A stretch of 64,000 bases of DNA from Candidatus Woesearchaeota archaeon (GTDB taxonomy: Archaea; Nanobdellota; Nanobdellia; SCGC-AAA011-G17; CAYFGV01), in contig CAYVLZ010000005.1 in assembly GCA_964452525.1 (NCBI GenBank), positions 6,979 to 70,978 on the forward strand, read 5' to 3'. The notes beneath the pieces are model-generated. The model saw only the letters and a list, made by a program, of their open reading frames with translations, did no database searches and had not been told where the DNA came from. A program made the position numbers and the translations under genes. Shown here piece by piece: positions 57,497 through 64,000 of this stretch. Position 1 is the first letter of the stretch; every line of letters begins with the position of its first letter.

Positions 57497-58354
57497 ATGG
57501 TTATGGTTTTAGAATCTTTTAGAAGTCCCTTGAAAGCTATTGAAAAACCTTGGCATATGTTCTTTGTTGGATTACTTTATTCTATAATAGCTATATTTCT
57601 TGGAGTTTGGATATTTAAACAAAACTCTAGTTTGATAATGGTTTTCTTAGCTGTTTTAGCTACTGTTCCTTTAATGTATAAGACTATGAAGCAGCAAGAA
57701 AGTATGGACATAAAAGTTAAAGATGAAAGGGTTATAATGAAGAACCACGCTAGAGTCTTGGAATTTTTAATGTTTTTATTTTTAGGATTTTTAGTGGGTT
57801 ATTCTTTGATGTTCGTGTTACTCCCTGCAGGTATAGTGGCTGATCTATTTAGGATACAGTTAGACACTATAGCTGCTATAAATACAGAGATATCTGGAGA
57901 CATAATTCTATCACCTGGATTTTTTTCACAAATATTTTTCAATAACGTAAAAGTTCTGATGTTTTCTGTATTCTTTGCTTTCTTTTATGGTGCAGGTGCT
58001 ATATTTATTCTTACATGGAACGCTTCAGTAATTAGTGCGGCCGTAGGATCTTTTGTTAAAAATAGGATTGCAGAATATATGGCTGCTATTGGTTCTTTAA
58101 ACGCTTTTAATTACTTTCACCTTTTTTCGTTAGGTTTATTAAGGTATACCATTCACGGTATTCCCGAGATTGCTGCTTACTTTATGGGCGGGTTAGCAGG
58201 GGGTATCATATCTGTTGCTATGATAAATCATGATTTGATGACAGAAAGATTTAACATTATTATGAAAGATGCTTTAGAGTTATTGGTTTTGGCGATATTT
58301 GTGTTGTTTGTAGCAGCGCTGTTGGAAGTTTTCATAACACCTATGTTCTTCTAA
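57497..58354 (+). CDS. SpoIIM-family membrane protein
   Basis: IFFNN, WNA, HGIPE..AY..GG, AALLE. Confidence 0.85.
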   Translation: MVMVLESFRSPLKAIEKPWHMFFVGLLYSIIAIFLGVWIFKQNSSLIMVFLAVLATVPLMYKTMKQQESMDIKVKDERVIMKNHARVLEFLMFLFLGFLVGYSLMFVLLPAGIVADLFRIQLDTIAAINTEISGDIILSPGFFSQIFFNNVKVLMFSVFFAFFYGAGAIFILTWNASVISAAVGSFVKNRIAEYMAAIGSLNAFNYFHLFSLGLLRYTIHGIPEIAAYFMGGLAGGIISVAMINHDLMTERFNIIMKDALELLVLAIFVLFVAALLEVFITPMFF

Positions 58355-58355
58355 A

Positions 58356-60980
58356 ATGGAGGATAAACAATCATTAGATGCTCTGGAACAGAGAAAAGAG
58401 AGATTATCAAATTATCTTAAAGATAAATATAACTATTTTGTTTATATAATCTTAGCTTTCTTGATTTGGTTTGGTTATTATATTAGAACAAGGAATCTTG
58501 ATCTATTAAAGGATGTTACTACAGGCAAATATATTCCTTTGGCCTTGGACCCTTTTGTTTTTTTAAGATATGTTAGATATATTCTAGAGCATGGGGCTTT
58601 AATGGTAAATGATGTTATGAGATATTATCCCAAGGGGTTTGATCCTAGAGCAGAGTTTTCTTTCTTGTCTAATTTTGTAGTTTATTTATTTAAATTTTTA
58701 AATACCTTTAATTCAGGTTTGACCCTTGAGAAGGTTCATGTTTTGTATCCGGCCATTGCTTTTGCTATCAGTCTTATATTCTTCTTTTTACTAGTTAGAA
58801 AGTTATTTGATTATAGAGTTGCTTTATTAGCTACAACTTTTTTAGTTATACTACCTACTTATCTTTATAGAACTATGGCAGGATTCTCAGATAAAGAAAG
58901 CCTTGCTATGTTGTTCATTTTTATGTCTCTTTACTTTTATGTCAGTGCTTGGAAATCTAAAAAATTGCAAAGAAATCTTCTTTTCGGGGTTCTATCGGGA
59001 ATTACAACAGCATTTGCGGCTTTGATTTGGGGAGGAACTACATTTGTATTCTTTACAATAGGTTTATTTGTTCTTGTTGAAGTTATTCTTAATAAATTTG
59101 CTAAGAAAGACTTTTATGTGTATCTTAGTTGGATAATACCAATAACAATCATATTGCCAATATATGGTAACTATACTCTTGATAGTTTAGTTACATCCTT
59201 ATCTACTGGTGTAGCTTTCTTTGCTTTATTAATGGGAATATTAAGCTTCATGGTTAGAGAGAAGAACATATTTAATCTTAAAACTAGGTTGTCCAAGTAT
59301 CCGACAGGATTGGTCTTATTTGTACTGACAGCTGTTGTTGGTTTGGTCATAATATCCATCTATAGTGGGCCTTCTTATCTCTTTGAGAGATTATCTTCTT
59401 CATTCACTACATTCATAAGTCCTTTTTCTGGGAGTAGGTGGTCTTTGACTGTGGCAGAAGCGCATCAACCTTATCTTATTAACCTAATAGGTAATCTTAA
59501 TTCTTGGTATTTTTATTCCGTATTAATTGCTTCTGTTCTTTTATTCTATGAAATGATAAGATCTTTGAAGCATTCCAAGAAATTGACAGCGCTTTATACT
59601 TTATTTATTTTTTCCTTTGTATTTAGTAGATACTCTCCAGATTCTGTTCTTAATGGTGTGAATTCTTTATCTAGTTTTCTGTTTGTTGGAAGTTTAACTT
59701 TATTTGCTTTAGCTTGGATTGGAATTTATGTATATTCTTTTTATAAGGATAAGGATCTTTTTGGTCAAATTCTCGGTATGGACAAGACATACATATTTGT
59801 ATTGATTTGGTTCTTATTGATGGTTGTTGCAGCTAGGAGTGCAGTTAGATTATTCTTTATATTCACTCCAATAACTGCGGTATTGTTTTCTTATTTAGTC
59901 TTTAAAGGAGTAGACTTTCTCTATGGTGTTAAAGACAATTTATATAAAATCCTTGGTTATGGATTTATTATACTTGTAGTTGTTTTATTGTTTAATGGTT
60001 TTGCTAAGTCTACTTTTGCACAATCAGCGGCATTAGGTCCTAGTTATAATCAACAATGGCAACACGGAATGTCTTGGGTTAGAGAGAATACTCCTGAAGA
60101 TTCTGTATTTGCTCACTGGTGGGATTATGGTTATTGGGTTCAAACCGGTGGGGAAAGAGCAACAATAACTGACGGCGGAAATACCGGAGGGGCATCTTTA
60201 AACTATTTTATGGGTAGAAATGTTTTAACAGCACCAAATGAAGAAGATGCTTTAGAGTTTTTGAAGACTAGGGGAGCTACTCATTTGTTAATGATATCTG
60301 ATGAGGTGGGAAAATATCCTGCTTTCTCATCTATAGGTTCAAATTATCAATATGACAGGTACAGTTGGATAGGTACTTATTCTTTAGATCTTAGTCAGAC
60401 TCAGGAGACTAGAGATGATGTGATATATTTCTATGGTGGCGGTTCCGGTTTAGATGAAGATATGGTTTATAATGGACAGTTATTGCCTAGAAGAAGTACA
60501 GTTATATATGGATTTTTTGTTCCTATGGCAGGGTCTGAAGATGGTTCAGCTTCTATAGGACAGCCTATGGCGGTCTTATTCTATAATGATCAACGATTCG
60601 ATATTCCTGTTGAATGTATCTTTATAGAGAACCAGGAGATTAATTTTGGGGGAGAAGGTTTAAAGGGTTGTTTAAGATTTATCCCTTCAATAAACTCTAA
60701 TAATGAAGCGAACCCCCTTGGAGCAATTCTTTATCTTTCTGAGAGGGTAAGAAATACTTTATTCACTAAACTTTATTTGTATGGAGAAGAGTCAAATAAC
60801 TTTAAGTTGGTTTATAATGACGAGAATTCTATGCCTCTGGCAGTTTACAGAGGAAGTGTCATAGGTCCTTTGAAGATATGGGAAATTAGTTACCCTGGCC
60901 ATATAGAAGAAAATCCCATATACTTAAATTCTTCATTCCCTGACCCGAAGGCAAATTTGGTTAATCCAGAATATTATTGA
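58356..60980 (+). CDS. aglB: Oligosaccharyltransferase AglB (STT3)
   Basis: LDP, RTMAGFSDKE, TVAE, SAVR, HWWDYGYW..R..ITDG. Confidence 0.95.
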   Translation: MEDKQSLDALEQRKERLSNYLKDKYNYFVYIILAFLIWFGYYIRTRNLDLLKDVTTGKYIPLALDPFVFLRYVRYILEHGALMVNDVMRYYPKGFDPRAEFSFLSNFVVYLFKFLNTFNSGLTLEKVHVLYPAIAFAISLIFFFLLVRKLFDYRVALLATTFLVILPTYLYRTMAGFSDKESLAMLFIFMSLYFYVSAWKSKKLQRNLLFGVLSGITTAFAALIWGGTTFVFFTIGLFVLVEVILNKFAKKDFYVYLSWIIPITIILPIYGNYTLDSLVTSLSTGVAFFALLMGILSFMVREKNIFNLKTRLSKYPTGLVLFVLTAVVGLVIISIYSGPSYLFERLSSSFTTFISPFSGSRWSLTVAEAHQPYLINLIGNLNSWYFYSVLIASVLLFYEMIRSLKHSKKLTALYTLFIFSFVFSRYSPDSVLNGVNSLSSFLFVGSLTLFALAWIGIYVYSFYKDKDLFGQILGMDKTYIFVLIWFLLMVVAARSAVRLFFIFTPITAVLFSYLVFKGVDFLYGVKDNLYKILGYGFIILVVVLLFNGFAKSTFAQSAALGPSYNQQWQHGMSWVRENTPEDSVFAHWWDYGYWVQTGGERATITDGGNTGGASLNYFMGRNVLTAPNEEDALEFLKTRGATHLLMISDEVGKYPAFSSIGSNYQYDRYSWIGTYSLDLSQTQETRDDVIYFYGGGSGLDEDMVYNGQLLPRRSTVIYGFFVPMAGSEDGSASIGQPMAVLFYNDQRFDIPVECIFIENQEINFGGEGLKGCLRFIPSINSNNEANPLGAILYLSERVRNTLFTKLYLYGEESNNFKLVYNDENSMPLAVYRGSVIGPLKIWEISYPGHIEENPIYLNSSFPDPKANLVNPEYY

Positions 60981-60982
60981 TT

Positions 60983-62488
60983 ATGGATAGAACAAAAAAT
61001 ATTGGTATTCCGAATAAATGGTTGTATTTTCCAATAATCTCTTTATTGGTTTATTTAGTTATTAGGTTTTTTGATCAATCCCGGATAATAAGATACTTTC
61101 CCTTAGACCAGGTTAATGACATTGCTTCTTACATGGCTCAGCTTTTTTTCTTAACTAGGTGTGGTTTTCTCGAACTCTGTCCTTATTGGTATAATGGTTT
61201 TATTACATTCCAATTTACTCCACCGGGATGGTTTTTCTTTTCACTTCCTTTGTATTTAATTACTGGTGATGTGCTTTTCACCTCCTTTTTAATGTTAACG
61301 TTAAGTTATGTTTTCTCTTTCCTTAGCTTTTATTTTTGGGGAAAGATATTCAGATTTTCAGGAATTAAGAGAATTGCATTCTTTTTATTTTTCTTGGCAA
61401 ATGCTGTTGCTATAGGTAATTTTGTTAGATTAGGAAGACTTCATGAGCTTCTAGCTTGGTTGTTTTTTATTAATTTTGCTTTCCTTATTTTGTGGTATAA
61501 AAATAATAGGTTTGATGGAAAGAGTTTATTTCTGCCGTTTTTATTTGGGTTTATTATATTAACTCATCAGACTGTAGCTGTTTTATCTTCTGTTTTGATT
61601 TTGTCTTTATTTTTGGTTAAGAAAGGAAAGGAGAAATTTATTCTTGTAGGTTTGGCTATCTTGGGGTTCTTAGTTTCTTCTTTTTGGTCAGTTCAATATA
61701 TAATGTCTTTTAATAATGCTTGGGCTTCTTCCTTGGTAAAGACTAAGACTCTTTTTGATTTTAGTCAGAAAGTTTTATTTGAGAATCTTGTAACTATTAT
61801 GATCCCTATTGTGTTATGGATAATCTTTTATTATTATTGGGTGTCTAGAAACAAGTCTAAAAGCGAACTCTTGTTTTTCTTGCCTATTTTTATCCTTAGT
61901 TTTTTATTAATTTCTAGATTGGTTTATTTCGTTCCTATCTTTAAGCATGTTTTCCCTGATTCTTATAATCTCTTCTTTTTATTTTTTATTTTATTTTACT
62001 TATTCAAGACTGATTATAAAGTATTTAATCCTCTGGTTAAAAAATTATTATTGTTAGGCCTTGTTTTATTACCTATTATGAGTATAGGAGCTAATATTTT
62101 CTTAACACCACAGTTTACGATTCCAGGAGAATTGGAAAGAGATACTTTATCGGTGATTTCAAAGGTAGAAAATAAATTTTTCATAGTTAGAACTCCTTCT
62201 GAAAACAGTTATCCGATGGCTTATTATTCATATGCGTCAATCTATTATAATCTTTCTTCTCCTCTTGGTTTTCATAAGGAAGTAGTTTCTAAGGAATATA
62301 GAGATAGAATCAATACTGCTGGAGATTTTCTAGATTTTAAAGATTGTGAAGGTTTTGTTAGTTTGCTTGATGAATATCAAGTTTATGAAGTAATCTCTTA
62401 TAATGATGATTGTAAAATTTTTGAACAATGTGATTTTACAGAAAGGTTTAGAAAAAATGATGTTTGTTTGTATGATCTAGATCCTTAA
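60983..62488 (+). CDS. Multi-pass GT-C-like membrane protein
   Basis: ND..SY, CPYWYNG...F.FTPPG, GRLHE; many TM segments; adjacent to aglB. Confidence 0.7.
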   Translation: MDRTKNIGIPNKWLYFPIISLLVYLVIRFFDQSRIIRYFPLDQVNDIASYMAQLFFLTRCGFLELCPYWYNGFITFQFTPPGWFFFSLPLYLITGDVLFTSFLMLTLSYVFSFLSFYFWGKIFRFSGIKRIAFFLFFLANAVAIGNFVRLGRLHELLAWLFFINFAFLILWYKNNRFDGKSLFLPFLFGFIILTHQTVAVLSSVLILSLFLVKKGKEKFILVGLAILGFLVSSFWSVQYIMSFNNAWASSLVKTKTLFDFSQKVLFENLVTIMIPIVLWIIFYYYWVSRNKSKSELLFFLPIFILSFLLISRLVYFVPIFKHVFPDSYNLFFLFFILFYLFKTDYKVFNPLVKKLLLLGLVLLPIMSIGANIFLTPQFTIPGELERDTLSVISKVENKFFIVRTPSENSYPMAYYSYASIYYNLSSPLGFHKEVVSKEYRDRINTAGDFLDFKDCEGFVSLLDEYQVYEVISYNDDCKIFEQCDFTERFRKNDVCLYDLDP

Positions 62489-63871
62489 TTTTAATATAGA
62501 TAGAGCAGCTTTAAGGTTTAATCTGAATCTGTGTACGGATTTCGTCCTTGTTATTTGTTGTAATATCTTTTTTGGTCTGAAATAGAATTCTCTATATGCC
62601 TTTTTTTCTATTTCTAACATTCTTTGTGGACTTACAGTAGGTAATTTGTGTACTGGAGTATGATAGACTCCGTATTTATCATAATCCTTTTCCAGTATTA
62701 ATCCTTGTTCATCTAGTTGTTTATAGACTTCACTTCCTGGGAAAGGTTTTAGTATGAGGAATTTTGCTAGGTCTGGATCTAATTCTTTTGCGAAATCTAT
62801 TGTTTGTCTTATCGTTTCTTCTGTATCTCCTGGTAACCCTATCATAAAGAAAGCCCATATCTCAAATTTGAATTTTTTTGCTAGGCTAATAGCTTTTCTT
62901 ATCTGATCTGTGTTAGTGTTCTTCTTTACAATCCTTAATATTTCATTGTTTCCAGATTCTACTCCGAATCCTAGACTATAGACTCCGATTTCTTTTAATG
63001 CTTTTAAAGTCTCTTCATCTACTTGGTCTACTCTTAATCCTTGTGGGATTGATATCGGGATATCTATGTTGCGTTCTTTGAATTCTTTACAGAAATCTAA
63101 AACTCTTTTTTTATTTACAGTGAAATTGTCGTCCCAAATGTGGATTTCTTTTGCCTTATATTTTTCTATTAAATGTTCTATTTCATCTAGGATATTTTTT
63201 GCACTTCTGAATCTGTATCTAAGTCCGCAAATCTGTTTTGTCTGACAATAAGTGCATTGCCCTGGGCAGCCTCTGCTTGTCATTATTGGTATTGTTGGAG
63301 AATACATTGCATCTGGATATGTGTACTTGAAATGTTTGAATAGATGTCTTGCTGGGAAAGGTAAAGAATCTAGATCGTTTATTAGTTCTCTATTTTTGTT
63401 ATTCTTTATCTTACCTTTTTCCTTAAAAGTTAGACCATCTATATCACCTAATTTTTTGTTTTTTTCTTCTAACTTCTTTAGAAGTTCAGACATTGTTATC
63501 TCTCCTTCGCCTCTTATAACGAAATCTACGTATTCTGAGGAGATTACTTCTCTAGGTTTTATTGTTGGGTGTATTCCCCCTATTGCAACGTACGGAACTT
63601 TATTTTCCTTGCACGTCTTTGCTAATAGTAAAGATGTTTTGAATAGTGGGGTTGCACAGCTTATTCCTACTATCTCTGGACAATATTCATTTAAGAATCC
63701 TTTGAGTTGATTTATGTCCATCTTTTCTATATCCATATCTAGGATATGTACTTGATGTCCGTCTTTTTCTAAAACTGCACCTATGTAAGCTAAGCCTATT
63801 GGAGGGTAGTCTGGGGGATCCATATCTCCGTAAGCTATTCTCTTTGATGGACTGATCAGTAGAGTCTTCAT
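62477..63871 (-). CDS. B12-binding-domain radical SAM protein
   Basis: PPIGLAYIGA, GGIHPT, GEGE, SRGCPGQCTYC, DDNF, GVESG, FMIGLPG. Confidence 0.93.
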   Translation of the reverse strand: MKTLLISPSKRIAYGDMDPPDYPPIGLAYIGAVLEKDGHQVHILDMDIEKMDINQLKGFLNEYCPEIVGISCATPLFKTSLLLAKTCKENKVPYVAIGGIHPTIKPREVISSEYVDFVIRGEGEITMSELLKKLEEKNKKLGDIDGLTFKEKGKIKNNKNRELINDLDSLPFPARHLFKHFKYTYPDAMYSPTIPIMTSRGCPGQCTYCQTKQICGLRYRFRSAKNILDEIEHLIEKYKAKEIHIWDDNFTVNKKRVLDFCKEFKERNIDIPISIPQGLRVDQVDEETLKALKEIGVYSLGFGVESGNNEILRIVKKNTNTDQIRKAISLAKKFKFEIWAFFMIGLPGDTEETIRQTIDFAKELDPDLAKFLILKPFPGSEVYKQLDEQGLILEKDYDKYGVYHTPVHKLPTVSPQRMLEIEKKAYREFYFRPKKILQQITRTKSVHRFRLNLKAALSILKLRI

Positions 63872-63872
63872 T

Positions 63873-64000
63873 TTAATAGTATATGTGAAATAATCTTTTA
63901 AGCAACTTTGGATATAACGAAGGGGTATAAGCTATTGTATTTCCTATCGCGCATTCGAATGTACAATGACATTTGTTATTTTTAATAAACTTTTTTATTC
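63873..64000 (-). CDS. C-terminal fragment of an upstream gene, probably radical SAM/SPASM
   Basis: ..IKKFIKNNKCHCTFECAIGNTIAYTPSLYPKLLKRLFHIYY*; stop lies 1 nt before the next ATG. Confidence 0.6.
   Translation of the reverse strand, partial: IKKFIKNNKCHCTFECAIGNTIAYTPSLYPKLLKRLFHIYY

Overview
This is an AT-rich, densely packed chromosomal window from a DPANN archaeon, most consistent with Woesearchaeota/Pacearchaeota-like Nanoarchaeota (inferred from gene content). Core genes: RNase Z, tRNA splicing endonuclease, Hjc, a 54-aa histone missed by the ORF track, Cbf5, L31e, L39e (also missed), S19e, CysRS, ValRS, aRF1, ScpB, MBF1, RpoL, TFS, an RPA subunit, PCNA and Dph6. It also holds many surface proteins (class III signal-peptide pilin-like cluster, Cys-rich proteins, S-layer protein), glycosylation genes (AglB plus GT-C paralogs) and a complete AMP phosphorylase / R15P isomerase / form III RuBisCO pathway. 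Highlights: (1) Both tRNA genes (Phe-GAA, Ser-TGA) carry two introns each, one non-canonical (30/31, 29/30) and one canonical. One is only 10 nt and several junctions are relaxed, yet the EndA in the window lacks a visible broad-specificity loop. (2) The R15P isomerase is fused to a HAD phosphatase and overlaps rbcL. (3) Two (TA)n microsatellites look like contingency switches: one frameshifts a secreted phosphoesterase and one expands a TATA box. (4) There is an orphan biotinyl-carrier-like protein and a RimK with an AbrB-like tail. No CRISPR array, rRNA, transposase or integrase was seen. All calls come from manual motif reading, with no database searches.
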